Of a DNA stretch of 52,464 bases, positions 28,160-37,343 are shown in pieces; positions within the stretch are counted from its first letter, which is position 1, and the number at the start of each line of letters is the position of its first letter. The notes under the pieces were generated by a model. That model did no database searches and was not told the origin of the DNA. It saw nothing but the letters and a program-made list of their open reading frames with translations. This DNA is from Gammaproteobacteria bacterium RIFCSPLOWO2_12_47_11. GTDB taxonomy: Bacteria > Pseudomonadota > Gammaproteobacteria > Eutrophobiales > Eutrophobiaceae. The stretch is taken from contig MGYU01000006.1 of NCBI GenBank assembly GCA_001801885.1, forward strand, positions 1 to 52,464, written 5' to 3'. The position numbers were made by a program, and so were the translations under genes.

Positions 28160-30168
28160 ATGATATGAAAACGCAAAATCCCGGCAGTGTGTTACTGCCT
28201 GCTACTCCACCGTTTCTGAATGGATGCGCCCTCCTGATCTGGGGCTGGCAATGTGACTTTATACTCTATGCAATTGGTATGGCTGTGCTGCTCGAATCTG
28301 CGCGGTTTATCCATTGGCGCACTCCGATCACTGACAAGGAATTTAACCGTATATCCGATTTAAGCAGTGTCATATTTATGATTACTGTCGTTTATGTCTT
28401 TGCAACGCGCTCATATCACGGAATTTTTACGATACTTGCCCTGTTGCCCTTTCTTCTCTTTCTTTTGATACTGGCGCAAACCTGGAGCGTGCAGGGCAAT
28501 ATAAAACCCGGGGCTTTATTCATCAGTATGCGCAGACTCAACCCGGATGAACCCGGATTCAATAATCCGGGTATTGATCTGTCATTCCCTTATTTAATGG
28601 TCTGTATCATTTCAGCCAGTGCAGGAAAGCAGCAGGAAAATCTGTTTTTTATTTTCGTGATAATACTTGTCGCCTGGACACTCTGGGCATTGCGTCCACG
28701 ACATACCGGGAAATACCTTTGGCTGTCTCTTTTAATATTATCTGTTGCAATTTCTTACGCAGGCCAGTTGGGTTTATTCCGATTGCAGGAACTCACAGAA
28801 AATACCTTTTTGCAGTGGTTTGAACAATACATGTGGCGCAGCCGCGACCCGAGTCGCACTACAACGGCGATAGGTTCACTCGGTAAACTGAAACTATCGG
28901 ACCGGATCATGGTGCGGGTTGATACTCACGGGGAAAAATTAAGCAGCCCGTTATATCTGAGGGAAGCCAGTTACAATAATTATGGTTACGGAGTCTGGAC
29001 CAACTTCCAGCACACATTACGCCTGATAGACCCATTACCCAAGGGGCGGTATTGGATAATCAATGATCAGATTGCCGGCAATGACCGTATTTCCATCAGC
29101 TTCTATATGGATGATCAAAAAGCCATCATTCCGGTTCCGATGGGACTCAACAGTATCAGCAAGGTCAACGCTATAGAAATTGAACACAGTCCATATGGCG
29201 CATTATCGATGGAATTAAATCCGGGCTGGGTAAAATACGATGCAAAATTCAATCATGAACGTATCGATGATGCTCCACCCGGCAAGGAGGAACTGGAGAT
29301 ACCGCCCGTCTACCAGAAAGAACTGGCCGGACTGGCAGACCAATTGGGTCTGGAAAGGCAATCACCGGCACAAAAAGTCGACACCGTAAAAAAATTCTTT
29401 GCTGATAATTTTGTCTATTCGCTGACCCAGACTGAACGCTACCCCCGCGGCAAATACCTCAGCAAATTTATTTTTGAAACCCGGAAAGGCCATTGTGAAT
29501 ACTTTGCCACAGCAACTACGCTGTTGTTACGCGCCGCCCAAATTCCCACCCGTTATATTGTCGGTTATGCCATTGATGAATACAGCCCGCTGGAAGGTCA
29601 GTACATCGGCCGGGCACGGCATGTACATTCCTGGGTATTGGCTTATGTGGATAATCACTGGCAGATGATAGATACCACACCATCCGTATGGGCGCCGCTA
29701 GAGGCTATGGACCGATCCTTCATCGAACCCCTGGTTGATCTCTGGTCATGGATTTCCTATAAACTTTCAACCTGGGACGCAGATGATACTGATAGCAATA
29801 CCTCAGGTTTTTATTACTGGCTGCTGGTTCCGGTATTGCTTTATTACCTCTGGCGTATGTTCATCAAAGACCGGGTACAAAACATCAGGCGCCGGGCAAA
29901 AGATAAACAGATGGCTATTCTTCTCGCCGGAACCGATTCTGCATTCTTTCAACTACTCCCTGCACTGGAGGCGCGTTACGTCCCGCGTAAACCGGGAGAA
30001 ACACTCACCTCATGGCTCACGAAAATAGAAAAAAATATTCAAGGAACTGAATTACGGGAATTACTTGCCTTGCATTACCGTTACCGTTTTGATCCTTCCG
30101 GCCTGAGCAAGGATGAAAAACAAAGGCTGGAACACAAGGTGAAGGATCAACTGGCAACACTACACTAA
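28156..30168 (+). CDS. Membrane-bound transglutaminase-like protein (TgpA-like)
   Basis: Multiple N-terminal TM segments; catalytic triad GHCEYFA / HSWV / IDTTP; C-terminal R.PGET...HYRYRF; ATGA overlap with DUF58. Confidence 0.88.
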   Translation: MNDMKTQNPGSVLLPATPPFLNGCALLIWGWQCDFILYAIGMAVLLESARFIHWRTPITDKEFNRISDLSSVIFMITVVYVFATRSYHGIFTILALLPFLLFLLILAQTWSVQGNIKPGALFISMRRLNPDEPGFNNPGIDLSFPYLMVCIISASAGKQQENLFFIFVIILVAWTLWALRPRHTGKYLWLSLLILSVAISYAGQLGLFRLQELTENTFLQWFEQYMWRSRDPSRTTTAIGSLGKLKLSDRIMVRVDTHGEKLSSPLYLREASYNNYGYGVWTNFQHTLRLIDPLPKGRYWIINDQIAGNDRISISFYMDDQKAIIPVPMGLNSISKVNAIEIEHSPYGALSMELNPGWVKYDAKFNHERIDDAPPGKEELEIPPVYQKELAGLADQLGLERQSPAQKVDTVKKFFADNFVYSLTQTERYPRGKYLSKFIFETRKGHCEYFATATTLLLRAAQIPTRYIVGYAIDEYSPLEGQYIGRARHVHSWVLAYVDNHWQMIDTTPSVWAPLEAMDRSFIEPLVDLWSWISYKLSTWDADDTDSNTSGFYYWLLVPVLLYYLWRMFIKDRVQNIRRRAKDKQMAILLAGTDSAFFQLLPALEARYVPRKPGETLTSWLTKIEKNIQGTELRELLALHYRYRFDPSGLSKDEKQRLEHKVKDQLATLH

Positions 30169-30174
30169 GAAAGC

Positions 30175-30283
30175 TCCTCCCCTTATGAGGGGGAGGACAC
30201 ATGTGGGGGTGGGAGCTTAAAAATAGTAACAAGGCTCCAGCAATTCATCCCCATCCTGGCCTTCCCCTTCAAGGGGGAAGGGA
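30175..30283. repeat. Inverted doublet of REP-like family A elements (30175-30211 reverse, 30246-30283 forward)
   Basis: TCCTCCCCTTATGAGGGGGAGGACACATGTGGGGGTG ... CATCCCCATCCTGGCCTTCCCCTTCAAGGGGGAAGGGA. Confidence 0.8.
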
Positions 30284-30457
30284 TAATATGTTTACACAGT
30301 CAAAGTAGACAAACCTGATATCTTGAATCTATACTCCCATCCGAACCTGCTATTGAAAAAAAGATCCTTTCCATAATGTCCACTTACAATCCCCATATAT
30401 CCTTATGGAGCATTCGGCTCCCTTTTACTTGTTAGACGCCCTCTCGCACAATTTACT

Positions 30458-30919
30458 ATGGGAATAGAAACCTGGGAATTAATAAGCTATGTAGTCACAG
30501 CTATCGGCTTACCTTTAGCTATCGCTGTTTTCATCTATGAACAGAGAAAAGGGAGAGATAATGACGAAGAGGAAGTCTATCAGCTGCTGTCGGACAACTA
30601 TCAGGATTTCCTGAAAGTTGCTCTCGATAACCCTGATCTCAGATTGTTTTCAGCCGAGGGGACACCAAAACTTACAGATGAGCAAAGGGAAAGGATGGCC
30701 ATCATTTTCAGTATGCTTATTTCCTTATTCGAACGCGCATACCTCCTGCTGTATGAGAAAACTATGTCACCCAAGCAGATGAGGCGATGGCTTTCGTGGG
30801 AGGATTATATGCGTGAGTGGTGTCAGCGGACAGATTTCAGGGCTTCTCTACCGAGACTACTTCGTGGCGAGGATCCTGAGTTTGTGAAATACATCCAGCA
30901 GATTGCTGTAGTTGAATGA
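30458..30919 (+). CDS. Hypothetical protein with one N-terminal TM helix; atypical composition, possibly horizontally acquired
   Basis: 153-aa ORF. Uses AGA/AGG/CTA codons and has no CCGG although that tetramer is frequent in neighbouring genes; GTTAGAC lies 21 nt upstream. Confidence 0.7.
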   Translation: MGIETWELISYVVTAIGLPLAIAVFIYEQRKGRDNDEEEVYQLLSDNYQDFLKVALDNPDLRLFSAEGTPKLTDEQRERMAIIFSMLISLFERAYLLLYEKTMSPKQMRRWLSWEDYMREWCQRTDFRASLPRLLRGEDPEFVKYIQQIAVVE

Positions 30920-30998
30920 AATAGCATACAATTAATCGTATAAGTCACGCCGCATGTACGGCTCGCAGTTGGACTCAGCGCAAAATATCACTGACAGA

Positions 30999-31622
30999 CT
31001 ACCAATACACCTCCAGTACCCCGTCCGTGGTCCTGGTCTCGTATTTTCGTAAAGGGCGGTCACCGTTTTTTATGCATTCACCGGTTGTAATATCGAATTT
31101 CCAATGATGTTTCGGGCAGGTGAGTATATGTTCGGTCAAGGCCAGGCCGGGAATATTGGTGACCTGGTGCGGGCAATGGCTGTCATAGACATTGACCAGA
31201 TCTTTTTTACGGTAAATAAAGAGTTCACGATCATCACATTTAACCCGTGTCGTTCCCTCGTTAATCTCGTCAAATGCCATGACCTGATGCCAGGTGGATT
31301 GTCCACCAAGCATTTCCGGCCTGAATTCGGGGATGTCCAGTTCAATAATGATATCAATGGCCCAGATAATCTTGCTCAACCCCAGAATTGGGAATGCGGC
31401 AAACAATGCATCAATAATTTCATCAGCTGCTACACCCGCCTGCAGGGCCCTTGAAAGATATTGTTTAAATCCTGTTTCAGTCTGGTTATCGACTTTGGTA
31501 ATGACCGAAATCAAGGCACGGGTTTTTTTATCAAGGTGCTTGCCGGATTTCTTGACAAAATCAAAATAGGATTGCATGGCCTCCGGCCGGACTTTCATCA
31601 GATAATTCAGGGCATCACTCAT
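30999..31622 (-). CDS. Fusion of a carboxymuconolactone decarboxylase/AhpD-like domain and a Rieske [2Fe-2S] ferredoxin
   Basis: N-terminus LDKKTRALISV...ALQAG...EII.A (CMD pattern, no CxxC). C-terminus HCPHQ...LTCPKHHWKFD..TG (Rieske CxH/CxxH). Confidence 0.8.
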   Translation of the reverse strand: MSDALNYLMKVRPEAMQSYFDFVKKSGKHLDKKTRALISVITKVDNQTETGFKQYLSRALQAGVAADEIIDALFAAFPILGLSKIIWAIDIIIELDIPEFRPEMLGGQSTWHQVMAFDEINEGTTRVKCDDRELFIYRKKDLVNVYDSHCPHQVTNIPGLALTEHILTCPKHHWKFDITTGECIKNGDRPLRKYETRTTDGVLEVYW

Positions 31623-31625
31623 GTT

Positions 31626-32105
31626 TTACTCCCGACTTTCATCCGGTTCGGGACTGGCCAGCCCCATCCGTTTAGGCATTGTGATGGTGAGCTGTTTCCC
31701 TTCCAGTGACGGCAAGTCCTTCGTCATGATTGATTCCACCGGACTGGCATAATCGGAATGTATGAACATGATATGCAGCATGGGATCTTCTGTATCCACC
31801 AATTCTTCACCTTGTTTGAATATGTGGGAATGGGTGATTATTTTGTGAATGGGGATCTTGAGCGACAGCATGCCTGCTATGCCGTTGTTAACCTCGCTGC
31901 AGGCATTGCGATTTTCCTTCTGAAAACATCTGACGTGGGCATGCATTAAAGGGGCGCCCGTTTCTTCATCAACCATTTTGAAATTAACCTGAACATAGTC
32001 CAGCACTGTTATTTTGCTGGTCCCGAACCAGGCCAGATAATCGCCCAGCAGGAATAATAAAAAACCCAATGTGGTGACAATCAGAACAATATATGTATTT
32101 CTCAT
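31626..32105 (-). CDS. Hypothetical membrane-anchored protein
   Basis: N-terminal hydrophobic helix followed by a beta-rich domain with C-x7-C; tightly packed in the operon. Confidence 0.65.
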   Translation of the reverse strand: MRNTYIVLIVTTLGFLLFLLGDYLAWFGTSKITVLDYVQVNFKMVDEETGAPLMHAHVRCFQKENRNACSEVNNGIAGMLSLKIPIHKIITHSHIFKQGEELVDTEDPMLHIMFIHSDYASPVESIMTKDLPSLEGKQLTITMPKRMGLASPEPDESRE

Positions 32106-32110
32106 TGACT

Positions 32111-33301
32111 TCAGTCTCTCCTGAGGTTGTCAGCCACGGCAATGGGCGTTGGATAATTCAATACTATAATATAGGAAGAAATGATAAATGTGAGCAGCGT
32201 GGTGAGTTGTATAAGATTTGATGTCACCTCGCCTATAAATCCGGATTGCACTGCAAGCACTGTGATCAGTAATGAAAACTCACTCGCCTGCCCCAGCCTG
32301 TAACCGACTTCTCTTGATACATTTATCTTTTCACCCGCCATATTCAACAACCTGCTGAATATCACCGGTTTCAGCACAATGACCAACAGCGCCAGTACAA
32401 GCGCCGGAATAATAATACCTCCGATTGTAAATATATTGAAACTGGCACCGAGAGAAAAAAAGAAAATAATCAGAAAAAAATCGCGCAGTGGTTTAAGTCG
32501 CTCCGTTATAAACAGGGCAATCGGGCTGGAGGCCAGGGTTACACCGGCAATGAAGGCACCGATTTCATGTGATAAACCCATGATAGTGGCCAACTCTGCA
32601 ATACCCATGCACCAGGCAATGGCCAGCAGGAATATATATTCATGTATCTGATCAAATTTCTGTATCAGTTTGATCAAAATAAAACGCTCCAGCAACCAGG
32701 CTATCGCAATCAGTATTGGTAAGGAAACCAGTTGCAATAATATATCCAGCATCAGATTATTGCCCTTGCCATATCCCTGTAACAGTAACAGCACAACAAT
32801 AGCAATCAAATCCTGTATCAACAATACACTGATGATGATCTGGCCGGTATGTCGATGATGTAAAATCGTTGTCGGCAAGAGCTTGAGTCCAATGATAGTG
32901 CTGGAAAACATCAGCACTGTGCCGATTAATACTGAATCCAGTACGGGATACCCGAATAAATAACCTGTACCATAACCGATTATCCAGAAGGCCAGGGAAC
33001 TCAGCAGTGTGATCTTCAACGCTTCGCCCAGCATCTGCCATAATTGTTGCGGCAGAAGATCCAGACCCAGTAAATAAAGCAGAAAAATAATACCAATATT
33101 GGAAATGTCCTTGATAAGTTCAGGGTCATCAATCAGTGACAACCCCCACGGACCCAGCAAGATGCCCAGCAATATATATCCCACGATCATCGCCTGCCGG
33201 GCATACAAAGCCATTGTTGCCAGTATGGCCGCCCCGGTAAAAATCAGGAACATGGAATATTCTATTGATGCCTCTTCAATCATGGCTAGTCCAGATATCA
33301 A
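32111..33301 (-). CDS. Cation:proton antiporter, CPA2 family (no cytoplasmic KTN domain)
   Basis: GYILLGILLGP, FSST.I..KLL, LLIQDL, GAFIAGV, LRDFF, LGQASEFS. Confidence 0.88.
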   Translation of the reverse strand: MISGLAMIEEASIEYSMFLIFTGAAILATMALYARQAMIVGYILLGILLGPWGLSLIDDPELIKDISNIGIIFLLYLLGLDLLPQQLWQMLGEALKITLLSSLAFWIIGYGTGYLFGYPVLDSVLIGTVLMFSSTIIGLKLLPTTILHHRHTGQIIISVLLIQDLIAIVVLLLLQGYGKGNNLMLDILLQLVSLPILIAIAWLLERFILIKLIQKFDQIHEYIFLLAIAWCMGIAELATIMGLSHEIGAFIAGVTLASSPIALFITERLKPLRDFFLIIFFFSLGASFNIFTIGGIIIPALVLALLVIVLKPVIFSRLLNMAGEKINVSREVGYRLGQASEFSLLITVLAVQSGFIGEVTSNLIQLTTLLTFIISSYIIVLNYPTPIAVADNLRRD

Positions 33302-36300
33302 GCATTTTTTCCAGCTTTCTTGATTAAGACACTGCCCGATATATTTCTTATCGAATCAAGCTGACGCTGCAACCGTTCCGGAGATATAGATATTGCCGTA
33401 CCCAGTTCCTGGGCAAATAGCGATACCCTGTATTCCTCAAGCATAAACCTGAATGCATCCAGACCCGGACAGATATTATCTGATGTCCTGTTTAATTCCT
33501 CGATCTGGATATATACCGCCCAGTAAGGTTTTAATTTATTTAATTGTATCTCATCTTTGTGTGATACATAGGCCAATTTTTCCAGGCGTTTTTTAACTGC
33601 ATCAAGATAACGCGGATAATGTTTCAATAATGTCAGCGGTACTTTTTGCAGAAACCCCGGGAAAACCAGGCTGGCCAGATGCTGTTTAATGTCATCAATC
33701 GAATTGGTCATCGCCGTGAGTGATTTGTCACTGATCCCGAGATTGATTTCATTATGGCTTTTCAAGATGTTGCTGACGAGGAGGCAAATATTGTTAGCCT
33801 CGGTTAACAACACTTTACTGCCCTGAACTTTGCGGTGATCAAATGACTGACGTGTTCTGATATCTTGTTCATCCGTAATGAACACCTCGGTTGCAACCAG
33901 ATTCAACAGGTCATTTTTCAAATCCTCAACCTGCCCCATCGCAGAGTAATACAGACACATCTCGCCGATACGGGGCAGGTTTTTCTTCATATAATTGAAG
34001 TCCCTGGCCAGTTCCAGCATGAACAGCCGTTTTAGTCCTGCCTGCATGTTCAACTGTGCTTTCTCTTTTGTATCAAAAGAACAAATAGTTACGGAATCCT
34101 GCCTGTCCACCAGGGCCGGATAGGCTGTTACCGGCATGTTATTGATTTTGATTTCTATCTCTGCGGGCAGATCATCGAAATCCCAGCGGGTTATCCCTTC
34201 GCGGTTCAATCCGGTTGATGAAATGACACTGAAGCGGCTCTGCAGTTGTTTGGAAAACCTGTTTTTGAGTTTGTCCAGATCACGGCCTTGTGCCAGCACA
34301 TGATTATCTCCATCCATAACCCGGATATTAAACCGCAGATGATCCGGGATGCTGGCAACCTGCCAGGCTTCGGCCGGAACCCGAATGCCGCGGCTGCGAA
34401 AAAGATACTCAGCAAGATTTACCGCAAGACCCTTGTCGCCTGTCTTTATGGTTGCGGCACATTCCCTGGCCGTCTCCGGGACAGGCACGAGATTACGCCG
34501 GATATTTTTGGGTAATGCCCGCAGCATGACTGTTATTTTTTCTTCGAGCATGCCGGGCACCAGTCCTTCCAGTTGATCATTACTGATCTGATTTAGCATC
34601 AATAACGGAATATCGATATTGACGCCATCGTCAATTTCACCCGGACTGAATTTGTAATTCAGCGGTAATGGATTCCGGTTGATCTCCAATGTGTCCGGAA
34701 ATCTCTCTGCAGTGACGCTTTCGGCCTCGTGGTAAATGATGTCCTGTTTATCAACGCACAACAGATTTTCATGCTCTTTTGAAGCGGTGGTATACCATTG
34801 TTCAAATGCCGGTCCATTGGAAATATTTTCCGGAATATTTTTATCATAAAAATCATAAAGCGCCTCTTCATTGTAGATATCAAGGCGACGTGACTTCTGT
34901 TCCAGCAGTTTAATTTCTTCGATAATCTTCTGGTTATGTTTGAGAAACACGGCCCTGGTGTGAAAATTATTTTCCACCAGTGCATGACGGATAAAAATGG
35001 CCCGGGCCTCACGGGGATTCACCTTGCCGTAATTTATTTTCTGACTGGCAATCAGTAATAATCCAAACAGTGTGACTCGTTCATAACCCATGACCTGTTG
35101 TATTTTGCTGTCCCAGTGTGGTTCAAAATATTCCCTTTGCAACAGGTGTGCGGCAGGTTTGATCAGCCATTGCGGATTGATGGCTGCTACTGTCCTGGCA
35201 TAAAGCCGCGATGTCTCTACAAGTTCTGCTGCCACTATCCATTTAGGTAATTTGGAAAACTGGCTAGAACCCGGGAAGATATGCAATTTGATACCGCGGG
35301 CGCCGGTATATTCCTTTTCGTCTGTTTTGACCGCGACATGACTCAGCAGGCCTGGTAATAATGCGCTATGTATCGCATCGTAATCTGCCGGTTGTGAGTT
35401 TGCGCGGATATCCAGTTCCGCCAGTAACACGATCAATTGTTTGTGCACTTCTTTCCATTCCCGGATACGGACATAGGAAAGAAAATTCTGCTGGCATAGT
35501 TTATGTAACTGGTTCCGGCTCAGCTGTTTTACATGCTCGTGATAAAACCGCCAGATGTTTAAAAACATTATGAAGTCAGAACGTTCATCCCTGAACTGTT
35601 CATGGGCCGCATCGGCCTTTTCCTGTGCATCCGGTGGACGTTCCCTCGGGTCCTGTGCACTCAAGGCACTGACAACGATCAATATTTCACTGACACAACC
35701 CAGTGCATTGGCAGCCAGTAACATGCAACCCAGCCTCGGGTCCAGTGGCAGACGCGCGAGTTGTTTGCCGGTCCGGGCCAGAAGGCCGTCCGCATTAATC
35801 GCCTTGAGTTCGATTAATAACCTTAACCCATCATTGATGAAACGTGGATCAGGTTGATTGATAAACGGGAAATCCCGGATATCCGGAAGATTGAGGGCCT
35901 TCATCTGCAAGATTACTGATGCCAGGTTGGTGCGTAATATTTCCGGATCGGTAAATTCAGGACGTGTTGCGTAATCTTCTTCGGAATAAAGCCGTATGCA
36001 GATCCCGTCGGCGACGCGTCCGCAACGTCCCTTGCGTTGCTCTGCGGAGGCCCGTGATATTTTTTCCACCGGTAATTGCTGTACCTTGCTGCGCCGGCTG
36101 TAACGGCTGATCCGTGCATACCCGCGATCGATCACATAGCGTATTCCCGGTATGGTGAGTGAAGTCTCGGCAACGTTGGTAGCGAGAATAATGCGGTGGC
36201 GTTTGTGTGGTGCAAATATCTTTGCCTGTCTGGCACTGCTCAGACGTGAATACAGCGGCAGGATATCGGTATTTCCGGGTTTCTGCTTTTCCAGAAACCG

Positions 36301-37113
36301 GGCCGTCTCATGAATCTCTCTCTCGCCTTCCAGAAAGATCAACATATCGCCATGGCCGTCCTGTGAAAGTTCGCAAACGGCTGCAAGCAAGGCAGATAAT
36401 TCCGCATCATCATCACGTTCATCATCTACCGCTTGTTCAACCGTCCGGTAACGGACTTCAACCGGATAAGTGCGCCCGGAAACTTCAATCACGGGGGCCT
36501 GATCAAAATATTCAGAAAACCGTTCCACATCGATTGTCGCAGAGGTAACGATCAATTTCAGATCCGGCCGCATGGGCAGGAGTTGTTTCAGATAACCCAG
36601 GATAAAATCAATATTCAGACTGCGTTCGTGGGCTTCATCAATGATCAACGTGTCATATTTTCGTAAATGCCGGTCACGTTGCAGTTCAGCCAGTAAAATG
36701 CCATCCGTCATCAGTTTGATGCGGGTATTATCAGACGTCGTATCGGTATGCCGGATCTTGAAGCCAACCACATCACCCAGCGGCACTTTTAATTCCTCGG
36801 CTATCCTGTTGGCTACTGCCCTTGCTGCAATACGCCGGGGCTGGGTATGGCCGATCTGGCCATCTTTTCCCCTGCCCATGGCCAGACATAATTTGGGTAT
36901 TTGTGTGGTTTTTCCTGATCCGGTTTCACCGGAGACTACCAACACCTGATGCTGGATGAGGGCCGCCCGGATGTCATCCAGTTTTGCATGAATCGGCAGA
37001 TCCATGGCGAAAGTCACCGCAGGTGTTCCTGTGGTCTGCTCTGATTTGGCTTTTTCCGATCTATCAATTTTACCGGGCCGTCGCCGCAGTCGTTTCAAAT
37101 CGCTTGGCATCAC
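33298..37113 (-). CDS. hrpA: ATP-dependent RNA helicase HrpA
   Basis: GETGSGKTTQ, TQPRRIAA, DEAHERS, SAT, ATNVAETSLT, QRKGRCGR; C-terminal EEYRVSLFAQELGT. Confidence 0.95.
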   Translation of the reverse strand: MMPSDLKRLRRRPGKIDRSEKAKSEQTTGTPAVTFAMDLPIHAKLDDIRAALIQHQVLVVSGETGSGKTTQIPKLCLAMGRGKDGQIGHTQPRRIAARAVANRIAEELKVPLGDVVGFKIRHTDTTSDNTRIKLMTDGILLAELQRDRHLRKYDTLIIDEAHERSLNIDFILGYLKQLLPMRPDLKLIVTSATIDVERFSEYFDQAPVIEVSGRTYPVEVRYRTVEQAVDDERDDDAELSALLAAVCELSQDGHGDMLIFLEGEREIHETARFLEKQKPGNTDILPLYSRLSSARQAKIFAPHKRHRIILATNVAETSLTIPGIRYVIDRGYARISRYSRRSKVQQLPVEKISRASAEQRKGRCGRVADGICIRLYSEEDYATRPEFTDPEILRTNLASVILQMKALNLPDIRDFPFINQPDPRFINDGLRLLIELKAINADGLLARTGKQLARLPLDPRLGCMLLAANALGCVSEILIVVSALSAQDPRERPPDAQEKADAAHEQFRDERSDFIMFLNIWRFYHEHVKQLSRNQLHKLCQQNFLSYVRIREWKEVHKQLIVLLAELDIRANSQPADYDAIHSALLPGLLSHVAVKTDEKEYTGARGIKLHIFPGSSQFSKLPKWIVAAELVETSRLYARTVAAINPQWLIKPAAHLLQREYFEPHWDSKIQQVMGYERVTLFGLLLIASQKINYGKVNPREARAIFIRHALVENNFHTRAVFLKHNQKIIEEIKLLEQKSRRLDIYNEEALYDFYDKNIPENISNGPAFEQWYTTASKEHENLLCVDKQDIIYHEAESVTAERFPDTLEINRNPLPLNYKFSPGEIDDGVNIDIPLLMLNQISNDQLEGLVPGMLEEKITVMLRALPKNIRRNLVPVPETARECAATIKTGDKGLAVNLAEYLFRSRGIRVPAEAWQVASIPDHLRFNIRVMDGDNHVLAQGRDLDKLKNRFSKQLQSRFSVISSTGLNREGITRWDFDDLPAEIEIKINNMPVTAYPALVDRQDSVTICSFDTKEKAQLNMQAGLKRLFMLELARDFNYMKKNLPRIGEMCLYYSAMGQVEDLKNDLLNLVATEVFITDEQDIRTRQSFDHRKVQGSKVLLTEANNICLLVSNILKSHNEINLGISDKSLTAMTNSIDDIKQHLASLVFPGFLQKVPLTLLKHYPRYLDAVKKRLEKLAYVSHKDEIQLNKLKPYWAVYIQIEELNRTSDNICPGLDAFRFMLEEYRVSLFAQELGTAISISPERLQRQLDSIRNISGSVLIKKAGKNA

Positions 37114-37343
37114 CCGGTAATTTCCTGTTTGGATTTATCTGTCACCATCATTAACCCGCTTCCAAAATTTGATTTTCATCCCATAATCAACAATTTACTT
37201 TGTAAAATATACGGAGACTGGTAGGATAAGTTTATTATTGTAATGAGGATTTAATGTCCTTCTCATAAGTTCGAGGATAAGATACTTTTAATCGTTGCAA
37301 TAGGCCATTCTACTCAAATAACCCTGTGAAATAATTAGAATTA

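Noticed and set aside
37111-37152. 13-codon uORF (MMVTDKSKQEITG) overlapping the hrpA start, or a possible frameshifted HrpA N-terminus
   Set aside because: hrpA has its own AGGA SD before GTG/ATG and all helicase motifs are in frame. Too short to distinguish from chance.
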